Shown here piece after piece: positions 1-9,107 of a DNA stretch of 64,000 nt. Both the position numbers and the translations under genes were made by a program. This DNA is from Candidatus Binatia bacterium (GTDB taxonomy: Bacteria; Desulfobacterota; Binatia; UBA9968; JAJDTQ01). Below the pieces are notes generated by a model. It was not told the origin of the DNA and did no database searches. It saw nothing but the letters and a program-made list of their open reading frames with translations. Position 1 is the stretch's first letter; the number at the start of each line of letters is the position of its first letter. The stretch lies in assembly GCA_963666515.2 (NCBI GenBank), contig OY762897.2:2496001-2560000 (forward strand), read 5' to 3'.

Positions 1-536
1 ACTACTACAAGACCGGAAGCGAGCTGGAGCAGGACTTCATCTTTGCCTCGGGCGCCGAGCCCCATCTGCACTGGAAGTCCTTCTCCCGGACCGTGCTGCA
101 CCTCGCGCACGAGTGGAAGGTGGCGCGGGTCATCACCCTGGGCGCCCTGCTCGACGAGGTGCTCTACACCAAGCCCGTTCCCCTGAACGGGTTCTCGTCC
201 GACCCGGAGCTGATGAAGGAGCTGGACTTCACGCCGTCGCGGTACCAGGGGCCGACCGGCATCGTCGGCATCCTCAGCGACACGTTCCGCAAGGAAGGCG
301 TGCCGCACGTGAGCCTGTGGGCCGCCCTGCCCCACTACCTGGCGCCTTCACCCAATCCGCGCGGAACATTGGCGCTGGTCCTGCGCCTGACCCAGTGGCT
401 CGGCATCCGCATCGACACGAGTCCGCTGGAGCGCGCCGCCGGCGAGTTCCAGAACAAGGTGAACGACGTGGTGAACAGCGATCCGAACCTGTCTGCTCTG
501 GTCCGGGAGCTTCAGAAGCACGAGTTCGAGCAATAG
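1..536 (+). CDS. PAC2 (proteasome assembly chaperone) family protein, 5'-truncated by window edge
   Basis: Frame open from position 3; motifs GAEPHLHW, TLGALL, YQGPTGIVG, SLWAALPHY typical of PAC2 family. Confidence 0.8.
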   Translation, partial: YYKTGSELEQDFIFASGAEPHLHWKSFSRTVLHLAHEWKVARVITLGALLDEVLYTKPVPLNGFSSDPELMKELDFTPSRYQGPTGIVGILSDTFRKEGVPHVSLWAALPHYLAPSPNPRGTLALVLRLTQWLGIRIDTSPLERAAGEFQNKVNDVVNSDPNLSALVRELQKHEFEQ

Positions 537-550
537 CGGAGGGAAGAGAC

Positions 551-997
551 ATGCGTAAATCATCCTGGCCGTTCATCCTGGCGGCGGCGATGTTCCTGAC
601 GGCGGGAACGAGCTTCGTCTCGGCCGCCCAGTTCGACAAGATCATCGAGGAGCGCCAGCAGTTGATGAAGACCATCGGCGGGACCAGCAAGGCCCTGCGC
701 TCCGCGGCGGACGCGGCCGCGGTGGCCGCCAGCGCCGACAAGCTGGCGGAGTTGTTCGCGAAGATCAACGCCGACACCTTCCCCAAGGGTAGCGCCGAGG
801 GCTCGCGCTCCAAACCCGATATCTGGGAGCAGTGGGACGAGTTCGCCGCCGCGGCCAAGAACGCCGCGGGACTGGCCAAGAACATCGCGGCAAAGGCCCG
901 GGCGGGCGAGGACACAGCCGCGCTGGTCAAGGGCTTCGGCAGGAACGCCTGCGGAAGCTGCCACCGCCCCTTCCGGAAGCCCAAAGAGAGAAGCTGA
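551..997 (+). CDS. Class II cytochrome c (c'/c556-like), periplasmic
   Basis: ATG 551 after GGAGGG; signal peptide; RQQLMK, SKPDIWEQWDEF and C-terminal CGSCH heme motif. Confidence 0.9.
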   Translation: MRKSSWPFILAAAMFLTAGTSFVSAAQFDKIIEERQQLMKTIGGTSKALRSAADAAAVAASADKLAELFAKINADTFPKGSAEGSRSKPDIWEQWDEFAAAAKNAAGLAKNIAAKARAGEDTAALVKGFGRNACGSCHRPFRKPKERS

Positions 998-1010
998 CCG
1001 CCCGTCCCGC

Positions 1011-1286
1011 ATGATTACGCAGCACGTCGGGGAAGCGGCCCTTCCCGATCTCGAGGCCTGGGCCAACGCCATCATCCGTTCCGAGGACGACACCGTGAAA
1101 GCGGTGGAGTCCTACCACGACGCGGACTCCAACACCTACGTCATCCGCCTCACCCGGGGCGCCCGGGTGCTGCTCTTCCGGCTCTCCGAGGCCCAGGTGC
1201 ACACCCCCGAGCGGGAACCCGAATGCGAGAAGACCCTGCGGAACCGCGTGAAGGAAGTGCGCCGGCTGCTGGGGCGGGCGGAGTGA
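1011..1286 (+). CDS. Hypothetical protein (91 aa)
   Basis: Host-like codon usage, follows cytochrome gene by 13 nt; no family recognised. Confidence 0.65.
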   Translation: MITQHVGEAALPDLEAWANAIIRSEDDTVKAVESYHDADSNTYVIRLTRGARVLLFRLSEAQVHTPEREPECEKTLRNRVKEVRRLLGRAE

Positions 1287-1308
1287 GTGGGGTATCTGGG
1301 CACTGAGG

Positions 1309-1375
1309 CTGGCGACAGCCGGAACCGTAGCCTCTGAAGGTGCAACGGCGATGGGTTACAGATGACGTCGCCCAC
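1309..1375 (-). pseudogene. Remnant of DUF3368 (PIN-like) toxin, internally deleted
   Basis: Overlaps UPF0175 stop; reads VGDVICNPSPL (DUF3368-like N-terminus) joined directly to HLQRLRFRLSP (DUF3368-like C-terminus). Confidence 0.6.
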
Positions 1376-1622
1376 CGGCCAGATCGCGTTGAAGTTCTTC
1401 TGCGGACAAATCGAAGGTCTCTACGCCGTAATCCGCCAGCTTCGTCAAGAACAACGGCTTGGGCAGATCCGCCAATTCCGCCGCTACGCCGGTCGATAAC
1501 CGGCCCATCTCGCAGAGTTTTACGGCAATCAGAATCTTGGCCTCATGGCGAAACTCCTCTGGAGTCAGGCCCAACGCCAACAGGACATCATCGCCATAGT
1601 CTATGGTCAATGATCTTGTCAT
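1356..1622 (-). CDS. UPF0175 family protein (putative antitoxin)
   Basis: 88 aa; AVKLCEMGRLSTGVAAELA HTH-like signature and FLTKLADYGV. Confidence 0.85.
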   Translation of the reverse strand: MTRSLTIDYGDDVLLALGLTPEEFRHEAKILIAVKLCEMGRLSTGVAAELADLPKPLFLTKLADYGVETFDLSAEELQRDLAGGRRHL

Positions 1623-1713
1623 CCGGGAACCTGAACCGCCCCGGAAAGCCTGACGAACACCCTGACACGGTGACGTCGGCCCTGTATCGGATCGTTATCG
1701 GGCATGTCGCGCT

Positions 1714-1746
1714 GAACAAAATACAGGGACGCACGAGGCGTCCCTG
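1714..1746 (-). terminator. Rho-independent terminator downstream of hemB
   Basis: 9-bp stem CAGGGACGC/GCGTCCCTG, 5-nt loop, followed by TATTTTGTTC on minus strand. Confidence 0.65.
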
Positions 1747-1865
1747 GGGTCAGGATGATCGGACCCCGTATCTCCCGGTTCGGGCGGTGGTCCGATGGAT
1801 CGTATTGTATTGCAATATACGCCCTAACGGCCGGTTTGCAACCCGGCTCGCGGAAGTCAGAGGCC

Positions 1866-2834
1866 CTAAAGCATTCCCGCCATCTCTTTCGCGAAGTAGG
1901 TGAGGATCAGGTCGGCGCCGGCGCGCTTGATGGAGAGCAGGACTTCCGGCACCACCGTGCTCTCCTCGATCCAGCCGTTTTGGGCGGCGGCCTTGATCAT
2001 GGCGTATTCGCCGCTCACGTTGTACGCCGCCGTGGGATAGTTGAAGCGCCGCTTGACGCGGGAGATGACGTCCAGGTAGGAAAGCGCCGGTTTCACCATG
2101 ACGATGTCGGCGCCCTCCGCGATATCCGTCTCCACTTCCCGTAGCGCCTCGTCGCTGTTGCCCGGATCCATCTGGTACGAGCGGCGGTCGCCGAACTGCG
2201 GCGTCGATTCCGCGGCCTCCCGGAACGGGCCGTAGAAACCCGACGCATACTTGGCCGCATAGGCCATGATGACCACGTTCTCGAAGCCTTCTCCGTCCAG
2301 CGCCGTGCGAATGGCTCCGACCCGGCCATCCATCATGTCGGACGGAGCGACGACATCGGCCCCGGCCCGGGCGTGCGACAACGCCTCCCTCACCAGCAGA
2401 TCGAGGGAAGCGTCGTTCTTGACCTCGCCGTCCTCGACGATGCCACAGTGGCCGTGGTCGGTGTACTCGCACAGGCAGACGTCGGTGATCACCAGCAACT
2501 CCGGGGCCTTGTCCTTGATGGCCCGTATGGCTTCCTGCACCACGCCGCGGTCGGCGTAAGCTTCCGAGCCTACCGGATCCTTGGTCTCGGGGATGCCAAA
2601 CAGGATCACGCCCGGGATGCCCAGGCGCCAGACGATCTCGGCCTCCCGGGCCGCGCGGTCCACCGAGAGTTGCGAGACGCCGGGCATGGAGGTGACGGGC
2701 TGCTCCTGGTCCCGCCCCGGGCAGACGAACAGCGGATAGATGAAGTCCCGCGGACTCAGCGCGGTCTCGCGCACGAGATCGCGCAACAAGCCGGTCCGTC
2801 GAAGTCGTCGTGGCCGGGTTACGGGAAATGCCAT
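1866..2834 (-). CDS. hemB: Porphobilinogen synthase
   Basis: RPRRLR start, [14 protein letters not shown] Zn site, [20 protein letters not shown]. Confidence 0.98.
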   Translation of the reverse strand: MAFPVTRPRRLRRTGLLRDLVRETALSPRDFIYPLFVCPGRDQEQPVTSMPGVSQLSVDRAAREAEIVWRLGIPGVILFGIPETKDPVGSEAYADRGVVQEAIRAIKDKAPELLVITDVCLCEYTDHGHCGIVEDGEVKNDASLDLLVREALSHARAGADVVAPSDMMDGRVGAIRTALDGEGFENVVIMAYAAKYASGFYGPFREAAESTPQFGDRRSYQMDPGNSDEALREVETDIAEGADIVMVKPALSYLDVISRVKRRFNYPTAAYNVSGEYAMIKAAAQNGWIEESTVVPEVLLSIKRAGADLILTYFAKEMAGML

Positions 2835-2853
2835 GGTTGCCTCCTATCATGGC

Positions 2854-2890
2854 GTCCTTCGACTTCGCTCCGCTACGCTCAGGACGAACG
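2854..2890 (+). repeat. REP-like palindrome, CTTCGAC...GCTCAG type
   Basis: GTCCTTCGACTTCGCTCCGCTACGCTCAGGACGAACG in hemD-hemB spacer. Confidence 0.55.
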
Positions 2891-2905
2891 TTTTGACGGA
2901 GCCAT

Positions 2906-3685
2906 TCACGATGACCCGGTGATCGTGGAATCCACCAATGCCTGAATCAGGCCCGAAACGGTGTATTCCCGGGCCACCGCCCTCACCTCCAACTCGTGCG
3001 CGCGTGCAGCGTTCGCGGTGATGGGGCCGATGCAGGCCACATGGACGGTGGCGGCCGGGAATGCCGCGCTTTCGCCTTCGAGCAGATCCACGAAAGCGTT
3101 CACCGTGCTCGGACTCGTAAAGGTGACCCAGTCCACCTGCTCCAGTAACTCAACCAACCGCTGGGCGCCATGCCGCACGGGCTCGTTGCGGTAGGCTTCC
3201 ACCACCGTGACCGTCGCGCCCCACCGGCGCAGGGTCTCGGGGAGCACGTCGCGGGCTCCCGCTACCCGCGCAAGCAGGAAGCGGCGGCCCCGGACGCGAT
3301 CCGGCCCCAACGCCGCCAGGATGCCTTCGGCGCGGTATTCCTCCGGCACCAAGCTGGCCGAAAGGCCGCGGTCTTCCAGCAGCCGGGCGGTCTGCGGGCC
3401 GATGGCCGCAATGTCGAGCCGCCGCAGGCTCTCAATGCACCCCAGCGCCTCGCAACGCGCCAGGAAGTGCCGGACGCCGTTGACGCTGGTGAAGACCAGC
3501 CAGTCCTGTCCCGGCAGGCCGCGGACGGCCTCGTCCAGGGCGGCGGCGTCTTCCAGGGGCAGGATCTCCACCGTGGGGAAAACCACCGTCCGGGCGCCCG
3601 CGGCTTCCAGGCCGCTCACGAAGGCCGCGGCCTGCTCGCGCGGCCGCGTGATCAGTACCCGCTGTCCCGACAGCGGAGCGCTCAT
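2906..3685 (-). CDS. hemD: Uroporphyrinogen-III synthase
   Basis: VLITRP, FTSVNGV, AIGPQTA, FTSPSTV, CIGPITA; ATG overlaps hemC stop. Confidence 0.95.
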   Translation of the reverse strand: MSAPLSGQRVLITRPREQAAAFVSGLEAAGARTVVFPTVEILPLEDAAALDEAVRGLPGQDWLVFTSVNGVRHFLARCEALGCIESLRRLDIAAIGPQTARLLEDRGLSASLVPEEYRAEGILAALGPDRVRGRRFLLARVAGARDVLPETLRRWGATVTVVEAYRNEPVRHGAQRLVELLEQVDWVTFTSPSTVNAFVDLLEGESAAFPAATVHVACIGPITANAARAHELEVRAVAREYTVSGLIQALVDSTITGSS

Positions 3686-4599
3686 ACACGCGCCTCCTGC
3701 AGCACGACGCCGGCGCCTTCGTCCAGCAATCTCTCGGCGAGCCGGACCCCCAGCGAGGCCGCATCCGCGGGCGCACCCGAAATCTCGCTCCGAAATATCC
3801 GCCTGCCGGACGTATCCGCCACCATGCCGGCGAGGGTGATACGGTCCGGGGCCGCGACGGCCCGGGCGCCTACCGGCACCTGGCACCCGCCCTCCAGGCG
3901 CCGCAGGAACGCCCGCTCGGCCTCCACTTCCAGAGCCGACGGCTCATGGTTGAGGAAACGCAGCCGCTCTGCCTCGTGCCGCCGGGTCTCCAGGCCCAGG
4001 GCGCCTTGGGCAACGGCACTCAGGCAGATGTCGGGAGGCAGCGCCTGGGTGGCTTCCCGCTCCCGGCCCAGGCGCTTCAATCCCGCCAGCGCCAGCAGCA
4101 GCGCGTCCACTTCGCCGCGCCGGAGCTTGGCGAGCCGCGTATCCACGTTGCCTCGTATGGGCGCCACCGTCAGGTCCGGGCGCCGGTTCAGCACCTGGGC
4201 CTGCCGCCGGAGACTGCCGGTGCCGACCCGGGCTCCGGCCGGCAATTCGGCGAGGCTCGACGCGACGTGGCTCACCATGACGTCCCTGGGGTCCTCCCGT
4301 TCCGGCACCGCGGCGATGGCCAGACCATCGGGAATCTCGGTCGGCAGGTCCTTCATGGAGTGCACGGCCACCTCGATGCCTCCCTCCAGGAGCGCCTCCT
4401 CGATCTCCTTGATGAACACCCCCTTGGCGCCGATCTGCTCGATGGGAACGTCCTGGAAGCGGTCGCCGCTGGTCTTGATGGCCACCACCTCCACCACGGC
4501 CCCGGGGTGGTGTTCAAGGATGCGAGCCCGGACCCATTCCGCCTGGGCCAGGGCCAAGGGGCTGCGCCGGGTGCCGATGCGGATCCTGTCCATGCTCAC
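3682..4599 (-). CDS. hemC: Hydroxymethylbilane synthase
   Basis: IGTRRSPLALAQA, VHSMKD, GTGSLRR, RGNVDTR, GGCQVP. Confidence 0.98.
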   Translation of the reverse strand: MSMDRIRIGTRRSPLALAQAEWVRARILEHHPGAVVEVVAIKTSGDRFQDVPIEQIGAKGVFIKEIEEALLEGGIEVAVHSMKDLPTEIPDGLAIAAVPEREDPRDVMVSHVASSLAELPAGARVGTGSLRRQAQVLNRRPDLTVAPIRGNVDTRLAKLRRGEVDALLLALAGLKRLGREREATQALPPDICLSAVAQGALGLETRRHEAERLRFLNHEPSALEVEAERAFLRRLEGGCQVPVGARAVAAPDRITLAGMVADTSGRRIFRSEISGAPADAASLGVRLAERLLDEGAGVVLQEARV

Positions 4600-5900
4600 G
4601 GGTCGTCCCGGCCCGGACCCGGCTCCTTGTCCAGGTCGAACAGCGCCCGGACCGTGTCATGGTAGGCGGCGTCCTCGTCGGGACGCTCCTTGAGGCGCGT
4701 CAAGGGGCCGTGGAGGATCTTGTTGATCATGGCCGCGGTCAGGTCCTCGATGGCCTTGCGCTCCCGTTGGGAAACGTCCTTGAGATTCGACTCCAGCGAC
4801 TTCCTCAGCTCCCCCTGCCGGATCTCCTCGAACCTCCGCTTCAGCGCGATGATGGTGGGCACCTGGTCGAGTGAGGAAAACCACTGGTAGAACGTCTCCA
4901 CCTCCTGGTCCACGATCGACTCTCCCTTGTCCGCCTCGCTTTCCCTCCCCTTGAGGTTCTCCCGGGCCACGCCGGTGAGGTCGTCGATGTGGTAGAGGTA
5001 GACGTTGTCCAGGTCGTTGATGAGGGGGTCGAAGTTCCTGGGCATGCCCAGGTCGATGAAGAACATGTTGTCCTGCTTCCGCTCCCGCAACACCTCGGCC
5101 GCGGTCTCACGGCTGATGAGCGTTTCCTCCGACTCCACCGAGCCGATGACCACGTCGGCCAGCTTGAGGTAGCGGGCGTAGTCCTCGAACCGGATGGGGC
5201 TCGCCTCGAAGCGGTCCGCCAGCTCCACCGCCTTGTCGAAGGTGCGGTTGGTGATCATCAGGCCCCGCACGCCGTTCTCCACCAGGTGCCGGACCAGAGC
5301 TTCGCCCATGACGCCGGAACCGATGACCATCACGGTCTTCTCTTCCAGCCGGTCGAATATCCGCTTGGCCAGGTCCACCGCCACCGAGCCCACGGAAACG
5401 GGCCGGTTGGCGATGCCCGTTCCCTGCCGCACCCGTTTCGCCACCGAGAAGGAGCGATGGAAGAGGCGGTGCAGGATGCTGCCGACGGTGCCGGCCTGCT
5501 GCGCGATGGAGTAGTACTCCTTCAACTGGCCGAGGATCTGCGGCTCCCCCACCACCATCGAATCCAGGCTGGAGGCGACCCGGAAAACGTGCCGCACCGC
5601 GCCCTTGCGGGCGTGGTGGTAGAGCTGGTCCTCGGTGGGACCGATGCGCACGCCGGGCTGGTTCCTGAGAAAGCCGCCGATCTCCTCGAAGCCCGCGCCG
5701 CGGTCACGGGCCACGGCCACCACCTCCACCCGGTTGCAGGTGGACAGGATCACTCCCTCGTCCACGGACGGAAGCGCCACCAGGTCCTGCAGCGAGCCGT
5801 TGAGGCGCTTGGGCGAGAACGCGAGCTGCTCGCGCACCTCCACCGGGGCCGTCCGGTGGTTGACGCCCACCACGAGGATCTGTCGTTCCGCCTCACTCAA
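4596..5900 (-). CDS. hemA: Glutamyl-tRNA reductase
   Basis: NHRTAPVEVRE, STCNRVE, SLDSMVVGEPQILGQ. Confidence 0.98.
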   Translation of the reverse strand: MSEAERQILVVGVNHRTAPVEVREQLAFSPKRLNGSLQDLVALPSVDEGVILSTCNRVEVVAVARDRGAGFEEIGGFLRNQPGVRIGPTEDQLYHHARKGAVRHVFRVASSLDSMVVGEPQILGQLKEYYSIAQQAGTVGSILHRLFHRSFSVAKRVRQGTGIANRPVSVGSVAVDLAKRIFDRLEEKTVMVIGSGVMGEALVRHLVENGVRGLMITNRTFDKAVELADRFEASPIRFEDYARYLKLADVVIGSVESEETLISRETAAEVLRERKQDNMFFIDLGMPRNFDPLINDLDNVYLYHIDDLTGVARENLKGRESEADKGESIVDQEVETFYQWFSSLDQVPTIIALKRRFEEIRQGELRKSLESNLKDVSQRERKAIEDLTAAMINKILHGPLTRLKERPDEDAAYHDTVRALFDLDKEPGPGRDDP

Positions 5901-6714
5901 AGCGGCCCCCGTGGCGGCTGAGGAAGAATACGTCTCCCCAGAGGAAGTAGCCCAGCACGATCATGAACCCCGCGATGGTCCACACGGCCGCCTTCCTCCC
6001 GCGCCAGCCCGCGGTCAGGCGGCCGTGGAGAAGGATGCCGTACAGCAGCCAGGTCAGGCCCGAGGTGATCTGCCGCGGATCCCAGGACCAGTAGGTGCCC
6101 CACTGCGCGTGCGCCCACACGCTGCCCGTGAGGATGCCCAGCGTCATGAACGGGAAACCCCAGACCAGGAAGATCTTGTTGAGACGGTCCAGGGTCTCCA
6201 GCGCCGGCAGGGGGCGGCTCCAGCCGGTCATCCGCTTGTTCTTGAGCTGGCGCCGGAGCAGCAGGTAGACCACGCTCACGGCGAAGGCCAGGGCGAAGAC
6301 CGCGTTGCCGAGCAACGCAAGGGTCACGTGCAGCGGCAGCCAGTAGGTCAGCAGCGCCGGCGGCGTCTCCAGACCCGGGTCGCCCAGGGCGATGGACCGC
6401 AGCGACATGAGGAAGGCCAGCGGCGCGACGAAGCACCCCAGGATGGGCAGCCGGTACTGGAGCTGCACCGTCAGGTACACCCCCACCATCAGCCAGCCGT
6501 AGAAGGACTGGGTGGCCGCGGTCTGGGCCAGCGCCGGGAACCCGGCTTCGTGGAAGAGGAATGCGAACTTGATCGCATGACCGATGAAGCCGGCCAGCAG
6601 GAGGCCCTGGCCCGCGCGCGAGAAGGACTCCCGGGGAGAGAACAGGTAGAGGATGAACGCGCCTGCCGCCAGAAGGTAGAATCCGGCCGTGGCCTGGAGA
6701 AGGCTCTGGTACAT
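5893..6714 (-). CDS. ccsA: Cytochrome c biogenesis protein CcsA (WWD domain)
   Basis: Multi-TM; TGSVWAHAQWGTYWSWDPR Trp-rich motif; conserved His; upstream of hemA. Confidence 0.9.
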   Translation of the reverse strand: MYQSLLQATAGFYLLAAGAFILYLFSPRESFSRAGQGLLLAGFIGHAIKFAFLFHEAGFPALAQTAATQSFYGWLMVGVYLTVQLQYRLPILGCFVAPLAFLMSLRSIALGDPGLETPPALLTYWLPLHVTLALLGNAVFALAFAVSVVYLLLRRQLKNKRMTGWSRPLPALETLDRLNKIFLVWGFPFMTLGILTGSVWAHAQWGTYWSWDPRQITSGLTWLLYGILLHGRLTAGWRGRKAAVWTIAGFMIVLGYFLWGDVFFLSRHGGRFE

Positions 6715-6752
6715 AACCTCCGGCCATTATATCGCATCGGGGATGGAACCCC

Positions 6753-6822
6753 TAGGCCGACTGCGGGGCGCCCCTACGGGGTTCGTCACCGGGTATCTGT
6801 AGGGGCGACCCGCGGTCGCCCT
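6753..6822. repeat. Pair of GTAG-type REPs in inverted orientation (one degenerate)
   Basis: GTAGGGGCGACCCGCGGTCGCCCT at 6799-6822 and degenerate reverse copy at 6753-6777. Confidence 0.75.
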
Positions 6823-6845
6823 GCAGAGTGTTCCCCGGCGTTATC

Positions 6846-8270
6846 TCACGACCGGGTCCCGGGGATTCTGAGACGCTGCCCGGCCCGGATCCGGTGCCGG
6901 TTGCGGATGGAGTTGGCGCGCTGGAGCGCAGCCAGCGAAACTTTGTAGCGGTCGGCGATGGTCGAAAGGGTCTCGCCCGGGCGCACGCGGTGATAGACGT
7001 GCTGTTGGTCCACGGCCCTTTTCGACGCCCGGGTCGCCGGCGGCTTGCCCGGGATCTCGAGCCGTTGCCCCACCCGCAGGCGATGGGCGCTCCTCAAGCC
7101 GTTGATCGACTGGATGGCGTGCATCGACGTGTCGTAGATCCTGGCGAGATCCCAGAGGGTATCGCCTCGGCTGACGACGTGGTACGGGAACGACGGCGTC
7201 GTGTTCATGCCCGACAACGCGGTGCGGAACCGGTGACTCTGCTCTTTCGGCGCCTTCAGCCGATAGCCCGCGGGCAGCCACGAGGCGTGGCGGCTCAGAG
7301 CCGGATTCCACTTGAGCAGCTCCGCACGGGAAACCCGGCTATGGCGGAGCAGCGACGACACCGACACGCGCTTGTGGAGGCTGATCTCGTCGAGGTGCAC
7401 CAAGCGATCGAACCGGACGTGGGGCAGGTACCGCTCGACGTCGCGCATGATGTGCACCGCGGCGAGGAACTCCGCGTAGAAGTTCTTGGACGCGAACTTG
7501 AAGGTCCGGCTCCGGTAGCGGCGGATGATGGTGACGATGTCCCGGGTGCCCACCCGGCGCACCGCCCGCTTCATGCCGGCGCGGCCGTGGTTGTAGGCGG
7601 TCACGGCCAGCGGCCAGGTGCGGAGCTCCCGGTAGTTGTCCTGCAGCAGACGCGCCGCGGCACGGGTCGCCTCCATCGGGTCCCGCCGCTCGTCCAGCGA
7701 CCGCGTTACGCGCATGTAGATCCGTCCCGTGCCGGGCATGAACTGCCACATGCCCACGGCGCCCCGGAACGAGCGCGCGTCGTTCCGGAACGAGGACTCT
7801 ACCAGCGGCAGATAGACCAGCTCCACCGGGAGTCCGCGGGCGGCGAAGATCTTGCGCATGTGCTCCATGTAACGGCCGGACCGCCGCACGCCCGCGGCGA
7901 AACGTTCGCTGATCCCCCGCTGTGCCTTGATCCGGTGCCACGGGATGCCGCGCCGGTTGAGCCGGGCGCGCACGGACCGGACCACCCGCCGCGCGCTGGC
8001 GCCCTTCTTGATCTTCACCACCTGGTGGATCTTCGACATGTTCCCGGGATCAAAGAACACCAGCTCGTTGGAGTCGTAGTCGAGAAAGATCGCCTTCCAG
8101 AACTCGACCGCGGGCTTGAGACCTGAAGGGATGGCGAAGGGGTCCGCTTTCGCGGGAACGGCGCCACGGGCTGACGCCGCCGGAGCGGATGACAAGCCGC
8201 CGAGAAGGAGAAAAAGAAGACTCGCGAGGACGACGAAGCAGCGTACCGCGCAGAACTCCTTAAAAAGCAT
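6846..8270 (-). CDS. Lytic transglycosylase with LysM domains (MltD-like)
   Basis: PLVESSF, GAVGMWQFM, AYNHG SLT motifs; LysM repeats VSRGDTLWDLA and VRPGETLSTIA; signal peptide. Confidence 0.92.
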   Translation of the reverse strand: MLFKEFCAVRCFVVLASLLFLLLGGLSSAPAASARGAVPAKADPFAIPSGLKPAVEFWKAIFLDYDSNELVFFDPGNMSKIHQVVKIKKGASARRVVRSVRARLNRRGIPWHRIKAQRGISERFAAGVRRSGRYMEHMRKIFAARGLPVELVYLPLVESSFRNDARSFRGAVGMWQFMPGTGRIYMRVTRSLDERRDPMEATRAAARLLQDNYRELRTWPLAVTAYNHGRAGMKRAVRRVGTRDIVTIIRRYRSRTFKFASKNFYAEFLAAVHIMRDVERYLPHVRFDRLVHLDEISLHKRVSVSSLLRHSRVSRAELLKWNPALSRHASWLPAGYRLKAPKEQSHRFRTALSGMNTTPSFPYHVVSRGDTLWDLARIYDTSMHAIQSINGLRSAHRLRVGQRLEIPGKPPATRASKRAVDQQHVYHRVRPGETLSTIADRYKVSLAALQRANSIRNRHRIRAGQRLRIPGTRS

Positions 8271-8276
8271 CGGCTT

Positions 8277-8305
8277 AGAGTACCTGGCGTAAACCTGCTT
8301 GTCAA
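8277..8305 (-). promoter_or_regulatory. sigma70 promoter, probably leaderless transcript
   Basis: TTGACA-N17-TACTCT, then 6 nt, then the ATG of the transglycosylase. Confidence 0.7.
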
Positions 8306-8384
8306 GTTTGGCGGTTACATGGCCGAAAAAGCTGCCGGGAGGAATCCCCGCGCCGCTTGCGGGCTATCGAACTCGGCTTGCAGG

Positions 8385-9020
8385 CTATTCGAACTCGAAG
8401 GGTATCTGGGTAGGCCCGTATCCCTGCCAGTACTTGCACGTCTCCGGGTCGTACCGGCCCTGGAGGAAACCGCCGGGCTTCTCGGCCCGCACGATGATGG
8501 CGACGGTGCGCTCCTCGCCGCTCTCCTCGGCGTGAATCTGCCACGGGCGCACGAGATCGATCTTGCCCGGTTCCACCTGGGCGTTCTCGGTCTTGCGGAT
8601 TTCCGCGTAGTCCGGCCTGGAACCGTCGTCCAGCCGCTCGTAGCGCTCGATGGTCTCGCGGCCGTCCAGCACCCCGTAGAGCGTCCAGTTGTGCGCGTGG
8701 TCGTGGATGCTGGTGCGGGTTCCCGGCGCCTTGACCAGCCCGTTGATGACGAAGCCGTGGTCCGGGTCCTCGTAGAGCAGGAGGTTCTGGGCCCGCTGAC
8801 CGCCCTCGGGCAGCGTCAGCCCGCCCTGATCGCAGTCAGGCCATTTCTCCGACTGTGCCTTCACACTGGGGTCCGCCAGCAGCTCGCTGAGAAGAGAACC
8901 CATTTTCTCCCAGCGCCTGTCGACGTCCGGCTCGTCGGTGTGGAGTTCCCGGATGGCCGCGATGAACCGCTTGGCGGCCGACTGCTCGGCTTCCTGCGTG
9001 GGCATGGGACGTGCGCTCAT
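8385..9020 (-). CDS. Cysteine dioxygenase-like cupin
   Basis: TSIHDH..W..YGVLDG.E..ERY and IH metal-ligand pattern. Confidence 0.75.
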   Translation of the reverse strand: MSARPMPTQEAEQSAAKRFIAAIRELHTDEPDVDRRWEKMGSLLSELLADPSVKAQSEKWPDCDQGGLTLPEGGQRAQNLLLYEDPDHGFVINGLVKAPGTRTSIHDHAHNWTLYGVLDGRETIERYERLDDGSRPDYAEIRKTENAQVEPGKIDLVRPWQIHAEESGEERTVAIIVRAEKPGGFLQGRYDPETCKYWQGYGPTQIPFEFE

Positions 9021-9107
9021 GGGGTTTCCTCCCTCTTGTGCCTGCGTTTACGGCTTGCGTGGACGGGTCGCCAACTCGTGGAAGGTATCCGAGGAACGGA
9101 CGCCGTG

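Noticed and set aside
113-550. N-terminal extension of the cytochrome ORF (294 aa in the track)
   Set aside because: Overlaps the PAC2 gene; SD and signal peptide support ATG 551. Similar over-extended starts were trimmed for hemD, truA, ilvN, tctA, the LLM and hydantoinase A
1623-1865. Possible ncRNA or small ORF between UPF0175 and hemB
   Set aside because: Only a terminator hairpin is supportable; the ORFs there lack coding signal
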